Source: Octopus vulgaris (lineage: Eukaryota). Taken from it: 64,000 nt of DNA. A program made the translations under genes and the position numbers. The stretch is taken from the NCBI GenBank assembly GCA_951406725.2, contig OX597834.1, positions 36,766,001 to 36,830,000 of the forward strand, in the 5' to 3' direction. The notes under the pieces were generated by a model, which worked only from the letters and a program-made list of their open reading frames with translations, had not been told where the DNA came from and made no database searches. Shown piece by piece: positions 26,791-40,576 of this stretch (position 1 is its first letter; every line of letters starts with the position of its first letter).

Positions 26791-29009
26791 TAGTAATTCC
26801 AACAACAACGACGACAGTAACAGAGAACATTTAAGGAAAAGAAATTCAGAAAACGAAATGACGTTTTAGTTTTGAAATATAAGTATTTATATATTTATAG
26901 AAAAAATAAGAAACTATGGTAGCATCAAAAAATTGTTAAGATATAGATAACTGCCAGAAAGAAAATGAGAAAAAATTTAAAGCGATAATGAAACACGATA
27001 TATGATGGATGGCATTGAAGTTTTATATATATATATGGTGAGAGGTGGGTGCTGGCTCTAAATTGATACAGACACCGTCATTGAGACCATGATGATAATG
27101 TAGATGAAGACGACGATGATGATGATGAAGATGATGATGATGACGATGATAGGGATTATTATGTCTTGTTCAATGTGTCGTGTGAAAGACCTGATTTAAA
27201 TCAACAAGTACAGCGTTTTGTAACTGCTGTCGTCTGTTGGTGTTTTCTGCTGTCGTCTGTAGGTGACTTGCGTACGTAACGTAAACACTCAATACATGCA
27301 AACAGTAAGACAAACATTGAGACCGACAGACAAGCAGACAGAGAGACAGATATACTAATTAATATATGAATTATAGACAAGGATTTTGAGGAGAAAGGGA
27401 CGGATAGATTAAGAAACACTTAAGAGAGAAATAAAGAAATAGAGAAAGAGAGAAAATAAGAAACAAAGACAGACAAACTGACACCTAAATACCAACAGAC
27501 ACACACATATATAAATATATAATAAAATATTATAGATATATTTAATAATATATTTAATGTATATGCGCTGTCATATCGATATAAATAAATATTTTGAAAG
27601 ACAAATACAGAATGGATTCATATATAGGCAGAAAGACAGAAAAATTCATAGATTAATAGATAGATCGAGACGCATATAAGTAATTAGGTAAATTGGTGAA
27701 TGGAGAGACGGATGAACAATTTCACTGAAAGAACACAAGTTCGATACTAAATCGAAACTAATACATCGCACATTTGGCAAATGAGTCAAAGAGCGAATTG
27801 ATTGTATTGTATATAAACTGCTTAAAGAAACCACGTGAAGACTTCGAAGAAAATATGGAAATCATGTAAATTATTGATCGATGTGATAATCACAACCAAG
27901 TACTATCGGTGATTTTTCAGTTACACACACACACACGTTAAACACAGGCATATACTCAAATGTATATACACACATAAACACAAACTGTTAAAGCCTTATC
28001 ACATATACACGAAGGCACACACACTTTTAAATAACACAGAAATATAAGGATACAAAAATAGCAAAACAAAAACATTAAAACAATACACAAAGGAAAAAGG
28101 AGATAATTTTTTGTTTATTTCCATTTGGATAAAAATTTTTCGGTTTCAAGACGATTAAAAAGCGGTAAAAAAAAATTACAAATTAAAACAAATTACTCTT
28201 TTATTTAATATCGGAAATTTAAAAAAAAATTATCTTTGTGATATATGTCAGTCCTGTTTAAATAATCAAATTAGTAACTGTAAAAAGAAAACACACACAC
28301 CCACATACACAAAAGTCTGTATTCGATGTGAACCCGTATCCACGTCCTACACCTTAGCACCTCACCCTAATACACGGCCTTGGGTCAATGCTAAAAATCA
28401 TAATTTTAAAACGAGTGTATTTTTATTGTTGTTGGTGTCGTTGATATTGCTGTTGCTATGTCGTAATTGTTTATTAATTATCGAAGTCATTATTTTTGTT
28501 GCTCTTTGTTTAAACCATTCACCTAACGCGCCATTTTATTTTTTCCACATTAAAACAAAATTAATTAGGGGTAAAGTAACTTTGAGCTAAGCTAATTCAG
28601 AAAAAGAAAGAACTACTTAATCTAAATAAACGTATAATTAAAACAAGACAGTTGTATTATTTTGTATAGTTTTCAGGTTTTAATTAAGTTTTTAAATCAT
28701 GTAATTCTTCTTAAATTTTTCATAAGAAATATTTTAATTCAAAAATTCCTGAAACAGAAGGCTGAGTAATATTAATTATCAAATTCATTGTGTCTGGTTT
28801 ATAAAATAATTAAAAATTAATTATAGGCGAGCTACTTTGAATAAAACATTAATTCTAATCAAATATAAAAAAGAAACACTGTCCAATTCTTCTCTTTCAT
28901 TAAAAATGTCTTATGTTAATTGACTTTTTAAAATTAATTGCTTACCTCATTATGTCTAAATTATTGTAAAAATACTATATTCTAACAAATTATATCATCT
29001 CATATATAT

Positions 29010-29096
<87 letters not shown>

Positions 29097-29247
29097 AGAC
29101 ATCAAATTGATGTTCGATTTTTAAGCTTAGCTGTTTGGTTTTAAATTTTAAGATATAATTACTTGATATTGTCTAACTTTAATTAAAACTGACCTTTTAA
29201 GATATTGAATCGATACATGTTAAAATTTGTCTTACACACATTTAAGA

Positions 29248-29273
29248 CTATTTTTAATCAAATTATACAATTG
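29248..29273. promoter_or_regulatory. Candidate composite site: MEF2 (CTATTTTTAA) overlapping paired-homeodomain P3 (TAATCAAATTA) next to an E-box (CAATTG)
   Basis: Exact consensus matches ~800 bp upstream of the MyoD ATG. The AT-rich background makes chance matches possible. Confidence 0.3.
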
Positions 29274-29580
29274 GCCTTTTGGAAATTATATTCTTACTCA
29301 ACTTCTTAGCACAAAATTACACAACCATAATTACCTATAAAATTCGATATTTTATACTTCTAAAAAACTTGTTACTTTATATTGCTGTTATTGATTAGCC
29401 GCAAATCAACCATGATTGAGCATACATTATTAGTTTTATAACTAAAAGAAGAAAAAGTAATCAAATGTTTATTTAAAGAATCTGATAATCTGATTGATAA
29501 TTAATTAATATTGAGTTAATATTCCATATTCCCTGTTCTCAGTAAAGAAGAATATAATTCTCTTTATACAGACATTTACC

Positions 29581-29629
<49 letters not shown>

Positions 29630-30046
29630 GCGGGTGTTTATGTGTGTATTAAATAGTAAAAGAACAAGATTAATTAATGATTAATCAGTATTCTATAGAT
29701 TCTACCAGTTGCCTGATTTTGTCTAAGATATTCTACCCAATGTGCAATTTGGTCTTGAATATGTCTAAACTAAACTACCTGGCTTTGATCGATTACCTGA
29801 CAAATAATTAAGTTAGCTCTTATTAATAAACTAATTAAATAATAAAGCAAGGTTTCAAAAAAAAAAAAAAGAGAAATATATACGTAAACATTTCAGTTAT
29901 TTTAATAAAATACTTACCCATAATTTCAAACTGCGAAGAGTACAAGTTGAAATTAAACTCACCGAAAGAGATACAACTACAACAACAACAACAACAACAA
30001 CAACAATAATAATAATAATAATAAATTTTTAATTTTTGCATCAACA

Positions 30047-30919
30047 ATGATGATGATGATGGCGGACTATCGGAGCTGTCGTTATGAGTATGGTACTCCT
30101 TACAACGGAAATACTCATATACGTACGGCTTCTAACACATCTGGCTCTGCTGTTGTTGATATGGAAACGGCAGATGCGTGTCACATTATGGACATCTCTC
30201 ATTCTCATCCAGCGTCGTCCAACGTTGGCACTTCTTGTTCGGGTTACTACTCGGCTGCTGGCCCTTCAAATTACCACCTCAGGGGTTACGGTCGACCACA
30301 GTACCCTGATTTATACAATGGGCTCGGGCACCAGCAGAACATAACTCTGACAAACGGGGGCATCGTTGGTTCAAATTCCACGGGTAGCTGTATCGGAGGT
30401 GTTGGTGGTGGTTGTGGTGGTGGTGGTGTTGGTATACGGAGTAACAGACCACGTAGTAATACCAGCTGCAGCAGCAACAGTAGTAGCAGTAGCAGTAGTA
30501 GTAGCAGCAGTAGTAACAGCGGCAGCAAAAATTGTAACAGAAGTAATAGTAGTATTAATAGTATTAATAGTGGCATTAGTAGTAGTTGTAATATAAACAA
30601 GAACAATAACAATGATATTAGTAATAATAATAATAATAGTAATAGTAGTAGTAGTAGTAGTAGTAGCAGCAGCAGTCACCGCAAAATCAACAAAGCCAAC
30701 AGCAACAACAGCAACAATAATAACAGTAACCATAGCAACATTAAAAACAACAGCAACATTATTGAGAGTAAGAACGCTACTACCACCAATACTACTACCA
30801 CTATTACAGCTACTACACTCCCCACCTCTACTAGTAGTACTACTACTACTACTACTTCTACAAGCAATAGTAGCAACGACAGTAACAACAATAAGAGTGA
30901 TAATGATCATAATAGTAAT

Positions 30920-30950
<31 letters not shown>

Positions 30951-32062
30951 GCAAACAGCATATTAATGACATGGAGCAATTGAATGGTTCTTCTCTATCT
31001 CATCACACAACACAACGCCATCATCGTCATCATCATCATCACCAACAACAACATCACAACAGTAGTAATAGTCAGCAGCAGCAGCAGCCACAGCAGCAGC
31101 AACATCGTCATCAACATTCCCATCAACAACAACAACAACAGCAACAACAACAACAACTACAACATATTCCTCATCAAAACAACCACCAACAACATCAACA
31201 GCATCATTCGCAACACCAGCAACAGCAAACACAACACCAACATCATCATCAACATCAACAACAACAGCAACAACGTTCATTTTATAATTTGACCACGACA
31301 GACGAAGGTTCAATCCCCAGGAACGAGTCTCTAAGTAAATCAAGGAGCAGCAGTAGAACTCATTCGTTCGCATCGAGTACCAAAGACCAGAGAGAGGAAT
31401 ATCAAAGACTGAAGACAAAGGCTCCGACTCACAAGGTCCGAGGGCCTGGATGTGAACCCCCACGGAATGGTGGGGTTCGAAATGCTGGAAGTCCGAAACA
31501 TAAACGACAAGTTTCCGAAGCAAAAACGGACAAAGAACAGGAAATGCTCTTGGATGCTGACTTGAGTGATTGCGACATTGATGACAAATCGATGGATGAT
31601 GAAGCCAGCTGTTCATCTCACGAGAAAGAATCGAGCGAAAAGTCAGACATGGTTTCCTCTCCTTCCTCATCTGTTTCATCTTCTTCGTCAGCTTCCGACG
31701 AAGTTGATGAACACGTCCCTCATGTTTTAGCCCCCGGATACCACGGGCCTAATCGGCGCTGCTTGCTCTGGGCTTGTAAGGCCTGCAAGAAAAAAACCGT
31801 GACGATCGATAGGAGAAAAGCAGCGACTCTGCGAGAACGTCGACGCTTACGGAAAGTAAACGAAGCGTTTGAGACGCTAAAACGTCGCACGTGTCCCAAC
31901 CCTAACCAACGCCTTCCCAAAGTGGAAATTCTTCGGAATGCCATTGAATATATCGAAAGCTTGGAAGAACTGTTGCACGGCAACCGTATTGGTCGTTCAG
32001 ACCCCACCACTGCAGATATACGTATCGATACTGGATCAACGAGCAGTGGATCTGACTATATG
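30047..32062 (+). CDS. MyoD: MyoD-family myogenic regulatory factor (bHLH), first coding exon (672 codons); gene continues beyond this exon
   Basis: ORF 30047..32092 contains [11 protein letters not shown]...[74 protein letters not shown]. This is the His/Cys region, Trp motif, basic region with myogenic Ala-Thr and junction Lys, and HLH diagnostic of MRFs. The coding sequence ends ...SSGSDYM directly before a GTGAGT donor at 32063; the last 9 ORF residues are intronic read-through. Which of the five tandem ATGs is used is unknown. Confidence 0.95.
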
Positions 32063-32068
32063 GTGAGT
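32063..32068 (+). other. 5' splice donor of MyoD intron 1 (ATG|GTGAGT, phase 0)
   Basis: Consensus GTGAGT directly after the Met codon at 32060-32062; matches the SDGM| exon-1 end of vertebrate MyoD. Confidence 0.85.
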
Positions 32069-32739
32069 ACGTTTATCGATTTGTTCATTTGACTATCTAT
32101 TCCAATCTAGCTATTTATTGAAATATTCCGATCTAACCATTTGTTGCATTTATTTATTCCAATCTGATTCCATGTTGATCAGTTCCTGTGGAATTTAAGA
32201 ATTTGGCGAATTGAATCACAGATCAACTTTGATCAAACAAACATATTGTAAAAAGCAGTTCAAATCGCGAATATGCTATAAATTTTTTTTTTAAACTCAG
32301 GGTACCCAGTACTACATTGTCCAATGGGTATGTATGTATGTATGCATGCATGCATGCATGCATGTATGTATGTATGTATGTATGTATGTATGTATGTATG
32401 TATGTATGTATGTATGTATGATAACATGATCACTTATGATGATAGGTACAAATGTGAATTTATAGTCGGGTACAAGAGCTCTAAGTACCGCATTAATCTA
32501 CTATAAAGGGGTACAAGAACTGTACATGTATGTATGTATGTATGCATGTATGCATTTATGTATGTATGTATGTATATATGTATATATGTATGTATGTATG
32601 TGTATGTGTGTATGTGTGTGTGTATGTGTGTGTGTGTGTGTGTGTGTATTGAAGCTCTTCGCAGAATTAAATCGGTTGCCTGCAATTTTGCAAAACTCTT
32701 CTTTGAATTGCGAGAGCTCCAGAGATTTGAAAATATGTG

Positions 32740-33086
32740 AGTGAGTTTGTGTTGGTATTGCCTGGTTCTCCGTCGGTTACGACGACGAGGATCCCAGTTG
32801 AACCGAACAACGGCACAGCCAGCTCGTGAGATTAACGTGCAAGTGGCTGAATATTCCACAGACACGGGTCCTTTTAACGTGGTTAGCAGGGAGATTCAGC
32901 GTAACATACAACGTGACAAGGCCGGCCCTTTGAATTACAGGCGCAACACATTTTTGCAAGCTGACTGGAACTAAAGCAACGAGAAATAAAGTGCCTTGCT
33001 CAAGGACTTACTGCACCACCAGGGAATCGAACTCATGACCTTGCGATCGTGAGCCGGATGTCCCTTGCCATTTAAACACGTGACTT
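32740..33086 (-). mobile_element. SINE family C (tRNA-derived head, GTCCTTGAGCAAGGCACTT central motif)
   Basis: Minus strand reads CGTGTTTAAATGGCAAGGGACATCCGGCTCACGATCGCAAGGTCATGAGTTCGATTCCC (B-box GTTCGATTCC), then GTCCTTGAGCAAGGCACTTTATTTC. Confidence 0.75.
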
Positions 33087-33633
33087 CTATTAGTATACAT
33101 GTATATGAATGTAGGGATTATTCTTGCACTAATGAAATGGACATGCATATTTCTGTAATAATGTGAGTATGTGTGTGTGTGTGTGAAATTACTCTTTATA
33201 TGTGCGTGTGTGTATGGTTGCCATGTGTACATATGATTGAGTTGTGTGTAAACTATCAGCAAAATATCACTGGAGCAATTTACAAATCCTCACCGCACCA
33301 CTAAACGATTAGATTTGGAAGATCCGAGCCGGTTCTCTTTGTTCTTTCTCAAACAATCCCAGCCCTTCATAGCTTTTATACAAGGATACCTTCACGCAAC
33401 ATAGCACACCTTCAATAAAAGGTGCAAATTAAAATCTTGGGCACGGATAGAAGGGTTCTTTGGTCATCACAGACATTCACTTTTCTAACAGTTATAAACG
33501 AGACATTCATATTTGATGGGCAGCTGATAACTTCTGCGATGCATAACTGGTATGTCCTGTCCCATAGAAAACTATCAAAGCTGTTGTGCTTACAACGAGT
33601 TGTTCTTTTTTATTAGAATGTGGCACTAGTTAT

Positions 33634-33856
33634 GCGGCGAACTGGCAGAAACGGTAGCACGCCGGTCGAAATACTTAGCGGTATTTCATCTGACTTTACG
33701 TTCTGAGTTCAAATTCTGCCGAGGTCGACTTTGCTTTTCATCTTTTCGGTGTCGATAAATTAAGTACCAGTTGCGTACTGGGATCGATCTAATCGACTGC
33801 CCCCCCACCGAAAAAAAAAAAGAAAAATTCGGGCTTTGTGTCCAGAGTAGAAAAGA
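33634..33856 (+). mobile_element. SINE family B, short (monomer) form
   Basis: GCGGCGAACTGGCAGAAACG...GAGTTCAAATTC...GTCGATAAATTAAGTACC...AGAGTAGAAAAG. Confidence 0.9.
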
Positions 33857-34329
33857 ATATTTTATATGTATTATGCATGTATGTATGAGTGTATGTATGT
33901 ATGGTTGTACGATCGTATGTATGTACGTATGTATGCAAGGGTTAAGTTCTCTTTTAATGGAGTTCAAACCGTTTGCTAGCAAAGTGACAAACTTTTTGAG
34001 TTAAGTGAGTGCCCTGGGTATGTGTGTGTGCGTGCGCTTGCGCGCGTGTTTATGGTATTTGTATATATATGTGTGTATATATTGGTGAATGCACCTGGAT
34101 TTATGTCCTGTGTGATCATGTCATGTATCTTTAGTGGAAAGGTGTTCGTGCGTGTTGGTGTGTAAGCACATCATCACTTCTTACATCTATGGCCTTGTCG
34201 ATGCATACAACCAATTATGTGCATATATTTGAATATGTAGCTACATAATTATGTATTTATCTATTTATGTATGTATATTGTTGTTATTGTTGTTTAGCAC
34301 CGTGTTAGGGTTGATCAAGAAAATATATG

Positions 34330-34990
34330 ATCAATGACTTCTAGCCGTGGCCATCTCATCTTAAATATAAAGCACATTATATCTAGGAGTACTTATCTAA
34401 TTTTTTTAAAGAATGATAGAATATGATTTGATAGAAATTCTGTTGCTAATTCTATGATATCGAACGGATGATAAAATATAGTACCAGTTATAAATGATTT
34501 CAAAGGTGAATGGAATTGTAGGAGAAGTGATATGTAGAAGGTTCCTCGTCAGTTTTTGAAACTCGTTATTTTTGGCGATGTGGTTTATTCCCATGTCATC
34601 GCTCCTTATAACGTCTTATAAGAAAAAACCCTCCCAGATGTGACCATAACGTCGAGTGTTCAACCGTAGTATATCCAGGAATATATTATCAAATGCACCT
34701 CTTATTTGAAGATGAATTTATGGAGGTTTAGGTTGTTATTTCTAGTAAATAAAAAAGCCACACAGAGGCTCTTTCGTCGACCCGTGAAAACTATTGCTAA
34801 TTTTGCAGGTGATAGGGTCGTCTTATGATAAAAACACCTTCTAGGTGTGACCATTACATCAATTTTTCAGACATACTCTATCCAAAAGTATATTATTAAA
34901 TGTGTCATTTTTATAAAATAGATAGCAGGGACCTTAAGTTGTTATATCTAGCACATTCAGAGACCACATAATGGAATTCACATTAGTTCG
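34330..34990 (+). repeat. Old diverged repeat present as ~3 tandem units
   Basis: GTGACCAT/GTGGCCAT...TATCCA/TATCTAGGA...TATATTAT...GTTGTTAT(T/A)TCTAG...CCACA blocks recur. Related CTGCTAT(T/A)TCTAGC remnants lie at ~24295 and ~42443. Confidence 0.55.
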
Positions 34991-35011
34991 TTTCATCTTA
35001 ACATATCACAG

Positions 35012-35212
35012 ATTTCTACTAAAGGCACAAGGCCTGGAATTTTTTGGGGGAGCGGGAGAGGACTAGCCGATTACATCAACCTCGGTGTTTCATTGGTACT
35101 TAATTTATCGACCCTAAAAGGATGAAAGGCAAAGTCAGCCTCGGTGGAATTTGAACTCAACTTAAAGATAGACGAAATGCCGCAAAGCATTTTGTCCGGC
35201 GTGCAAACGATT
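35012..35212 (-). mobile_element. SINE family B
   Basis: TTCTACTAAAGGCACAAGGCC...AAAGGATGAAAGGCAAAGTC...GGAATTTGAACTC. Confidence 0.85.
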
Positions 35213-35350
35213 TTCACAATAAACAACTTGCAAGTACAAGAATTTTAATCCAAATTTTACCATAAAGCGTCAATTAATTTCAGACTGCTTACTACAACAT
35301 AGGGCACCGATTCTAGAGCCATAAAACATAACATTCGATATATATATGAT

Positions 35351-35384
<34 letters not shown>

Positions 35385-35401
35385 TATATACACATATATA
35401 C

Positions 35402-35438
<37 letters not shown>

Positions 35439-35513
35439 TTGTATATATATATACATATATATACATGTATATATAAATATATATATGTATATGCATATAT
35501 GTATATATATATG

Positions 35514-35558
<45 letters not shown>

Positions 35559-35688
35559 TATAAATAGATGAGTGTATTTTTACCTTGTTAACAATAACAC
35601 GGAAAAATAAATATGTATATATGTATATATATTTTATATATATATACATACATACATAGGCACATACATGTACACATATATGAATTTA

Positions 35689-35725
<37 letters not shown>

Positions 35726-35741
35726 TATAACTATAACTATA

Positions 35742-35835
<94 letters not shown>

Positions 35836-36009
35836 TTGTGTGTATATGTGTGTATGTGTGTGAGTGTGTGTATGTGTATATGTGTGTATGAATATGTTTT
35901 ATGTATGCTTAATATTTTAATTCATCTTATAAACACAAACCCACAAATGCATATATTCATACATATGTATATCTATCTATATATGTATATTTATGTGTGT
36001 ATATATATG

Positions 36010-36079
<70 letters not shown>

Positions 36080-36094
36080 CATATGTATAGAAAT

Positions 36095-36191
36095 TAAATA
36101 TAAATTACAAAATGGGACAAGAACGCAAAAACACACAAAGAGACGACACAAAAAAAACAGACGGGTCATTCGAAGCCTCTAATCTTCAGTC
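36095..36191. repeat. Interspersed repeat D fragment (also at 40925-41150, related 8360-8470)
   Basis: ACAAAATGGGACAAGAACGCAAAA...GACGACACAAAAAA...GACGGGTCATTCGAAGCCTCTAATCTTCAGTC shared with 40935-41016. Confidence 0.8.
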
Positions 36192-36193
36192 GG

Positions 36194-36242
<49 letters not shown>

Positions 36243-36245
36243 TAT

Positions 36246-36278
<33 letters not shown>

Positions 36279-36289
36279 CATATATATAC

Positions 36290-36322
<33 letters not shown>

Positions 36323-37052
36323 TGTATGTATGTATGTATGTATGTATACATATATATATACACGTACATATAGATAAATACATAGCCATCAGTGGGCAGC
36401 GTGAGCCAGAATTGTGATATTTATTTCTTTTCCGAAAAGTGGTTCTACAATCGTACCTAGGCCGCAAAATCGCTCGCTGCGCTCAACACCCAATGCAATC
36501 CAGCACATTAAGGTATATTATACACCAGGATATAAAATTAGACGAAATTCGATACAGCATTTGAATGGAATAACAAGTTATATAATACAGTAAAACAGCA
36601 TATCACACAAGTGAATTATATGTAATACGGATATAACGGACAGGAAAAAATCAGAGGTAGACCACGTGTGAAGTTATTGGATATCATTCTAGAGCTTGGA
36701 TGATCTTGCATGAAGATCCAGCTGGAGCAATGGAAGATGGCTGCTTCTGACAGGATCCTGATGAAAGCGTGTTTGTGCACTTAAACAAGGATATTAATAA
36801 ACTGTGACTTTGAGGTTTCGATGAGTTACGCCATCGTCGGACTGTGATCCTTTGAAGTTAATCTTGGCTTTATATTCGCTTACCTCGCCTAAACTTAATA
36901 ATAATCATAGTTAATAATATTCTTGCTTAAGAATAATAAATTCGTGTTCTAGAATAGTATAGGGCACGACTTCAGATTAATATAAAATTGCTTTTGTCAT
37001 AACAAAAAGAAATATTAGCACACGTACATATATACATACTTGTATGCATATA

Positions 37053-37102
<50 letters not shown>

Positions 37103-37118
37103 GACGGACACGTATATA

Positions 37119-37160
<42 letters not shown>

Positions 37161-37278
37161 GATATATACATATATAGATATATATGTATATATATACATG
37201 TGTATATACACACATACATTTATGTACACATATACATATATATGTATATATATGTATATATATATATATATATACATA

Positions 37279-37325
<47 letters not shown>

Positions 37326-37547
37326 GCATACATATATATATATATAGATATACATATATACACATACATATATGTGTATATATATATATGTGTATATATA
37401 TATATATGTATATATAGATATAACTTAGATAACAGATATATTTCTACCAAAGATTGGTCCAGGCCATGTCTAACATAATAGCACCACCTGACAGGATTTG
37501 CTAAATCCCTTTTCAGTCAAGTTTGTAATATCATGGCCCATTCGAGT

Positions 37548-37590
<43 letters not shown>

Positions 37591-37875
37591 ACAAATTAAC
37601 AAAAGGATGTAACAGTGCGATATTACACAATAGCAAATAAAAGATTTTGTTATATAACACAATACGGTATGAGATGCAACAAAAATATAACACAAAAGAA
37701 GGTAACTTAATACGATACAATAATAAAACAGGACAAAACATTTCTATGGAGAGAAAATTACAATACTGTCTAATACAATTGAAAGCAACGTAAATCTGGA
37801 TGCATTACAGGCAAATAGGATTGAATTAGATTAAAGCATACCGTATAAATCGGGATACTGGTCTGCAATTTGTTG

Positions 37876-37954
<79 letters not shown>

Positions 37955-38023
37955 ATCTATCTATTTGTCCGATTGTCAGCCTGTCTGTCTGTGCCTATGC
38001 ACACATACACTTATGTATAGCCA

Positions 38024-38087
<64 letters not shown>

Positions 38088-38089
<2 letters not shown>

Positions 38090-38490
38090 GACGCGTGGCT
38101 TAGTGGTTCGGGCATTCGGCTCACGAATGTGCTTACAAGTTCCGGGTTCAATCCCACTGTGTGGTACCTTGGGCAAGTGTTTTCTACTGAATCCTAGGGC
38201 CGACCAAAGTCTTGTGTGTGGATTTGGTAGACGGAAACTGAAAGAAGCCCGTGTATGTGTGTATGTGTGAGTTTATGTTTGTGTGTTCGTGTTTGTCCTG
38301 CCAAAATCGCTTGACAACAGATTGCTAGTGTGTTTACGTCTCCGTAACTCAGCGGCTCGGCAAAAAATACACCGATAGAATAAGTACTAGGCTTACAAAG
38401 AAAAATTCCTGGGGTCGATTTTCTCGACTAAAGGCAGTGCTCCAGCGTGGCCGCAGTCAAAATGACTGAAACAAATAAAAGAATAAAACA
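38088..38490 (+). mobile_element. Chimeric SINE: family C-like 5' head on a family A body
   Basis: AAGACGCGTGGCTTAGTGGTTCGGGCATTCGGCTCACGA aligns to the family C head; from GTTCCGGGTTCAATCCCACTG onward it matches family A to the tail. Confidence 0.75.
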
Positions 38491-38918
38491 GAATAGAATA
38501 AGATGAAGCACCAAAACGATACTATAAAGATATGATTGCATGCATCTCAACCGGATACATTACATACAACATAATAGAATGCAATCACATGAAATGTATT
38601 ATAGAAATACGGTTGGATATCACATTGTTTGATAAACGGAATGATACAAAATACTGCAGCATGTTTCATTTACTAATAAATAATTAATACTTTACAGTAT
38701 TGTGACGTATCAGATGTGTAGAGAACAATATGAAGGAAAACTTCAGTGTGTCAAGGACATGTTTGTAGAGATGTAGATGATGTAATGTGTGTGTGTGTGT
38801 GTTTATGTATGTATGTGTGTACGCGTGTGCTTTATGTATATATATATGTCTGTGCATGTATGTATAGGTGCATGCGTAGTGGTATGGATGTATGTATGAA
38901 TGTATGTATCTATCTACC

Positions 38919-38992
<74 letters not shown>

Positions 38993-39024
38993 CATACACA
39001 CATATATATGTATATACATGTATT

Positions 39025-39215
39025 CTTTTGTTTTGTTTCCATGCTGGAGCACCGCCTTTAGTCGAACGTATCGACCCCAGGACTTATTCTTTGTAAGCCT
39101 AGTACTTACTCTGTCAGTTATTCTTGTCGAACTGCTAATTGACGGGGACGTAAACACACCAGCATCTCTTGTGAAAGGATGTTGGGGGGGGGGGGACAAA
39201 GACAGACACACAAAC
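39025..39215 (-). mobile_element. SINE family A, 3' half
   Basis: CATGCTGGAGCACCGCCTTTAGTCGAAC...GGACTTATTCTTTGTAAGCCTAGTACTTA...GGGGACGTAAACACACCAGCATC. Confidence 0.85.
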
Positions 39216-39386
39216 ATATACATTCATACATACATACATACATACATACATACATACATACATACATACATACATACATACATACATAAAAACATACGTA
39301 TTTGTGTGTGTGTGTGTGTATACACACATTTATACATCTAGAAGAAATTTTATATACATGTGTACATACTTGTGTACCTATCTGCG

Positions 39387-39461
<75 letters not shown>

Positions 39462-39859
39462 ATTTCAAAGTGCTCTTCAAACGAAGTCGTAAGTCACCAC
39501 CAAAGTATAAGTCACAAAACTTTAATTCGCCGAAAATATTAAAATATTAAAATATTCTCGATTCTATCTTTGCGTTATTTTCACTTCGTATTTCCGGACA
39601 TTTCTGTCTCAGGATGAAGTCAAACGAATAAATGTGACATTATCCTTAGATCCAAACGTGCCCTGCGAAGTAAGTAATAACAGAAATTACACAAATACAC
39701 ACACACCTATACACACACACCTATATGTATGTATGTATGTATGAGTTTGTGTGTATATGTGTTTGTGCGAATGTATGTGTGCGTTTATACATACATATAA
39801 ATACATACATACATATAAATACATACATACATATAAATACATACATGCATACATACGTT

Positions 39860-40220
39860 TATCTTTTACTTTTTTGAGTCATTAGACCGCGGCCATGCTG
39901 TGGCACCGACTTCTAAGGGCCTTAGTGGAACGAGCCTCCCCTTTACTTATTTCATAAAGGCTGGTACTTACTCTGTCGGTCTCTTTTGTCTATGTACCCG
40001 AAACCGGTTATCAAGCGCTGGTGAGGCACAAACACAGACACAAAGACAGATAAATACACACACACAAACATATACACAACGGGTTTCTTTCAGTTTCCGT
40101 CTATCAAATCAATTCACAAAGTTTTTGTCAACCTGAGGTTATAGCAGACAACAATTGACCAAGCTGACACGCAGCGAGATTGAACTCGGAACCACATTGT
40201 TGGAAAGTAAAGTCTTTACA
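39860..40220 (-). mobile_element. SINE family A, diverged
   Basis: GCGGCCATGCTG...GGTACTTACTCTGTCGGTCTCTTTTG...TTCTTTCAGTTTCCGTCTA...GAACTCGGAACCAC. Confidence 0.75.
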
Positions 40221-40240
40221 CACACACGCGCACACACACG

Positions 40241-40295
<55 letters not shown>

Positions 40296-40576
40296 CCTTT
40301 ATCGGCGGCTTGCATCAGGCGCGTTGATGGACTTGCCACCCATGTCGTGAGTAAACCGTTTCTGTGGTAAAGTCTCATCATTATGATTGTCAAAGTAAAT
40401 AACACCCCACCCAGGGGTAGCTTCTCATCATCCCGAATTCTATCACCGTTGGTGTTTTATACCCACGTTCACCTTGAATGTACAGAGGTTATAGTAGAAG
40501 ACACTTGCCCAAGGTGCCAAATATTGGGGCTGAACCCGGAACCATGTGGTTGGGAAGCAAGCTTCTTACCACATAG

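Noticed and set aside
30286-32010. Antisense and alternative-frame ORFs overlapping MyoD exon 1
   Set aside because: Shadow ORFs of a low-complexity coding exon.
36690-36712. AGCTTGGATGATCTT (SLDDL), superficially like helix III
   Set aside because: A stop codon follows two codons later and there is no CLSxIV.
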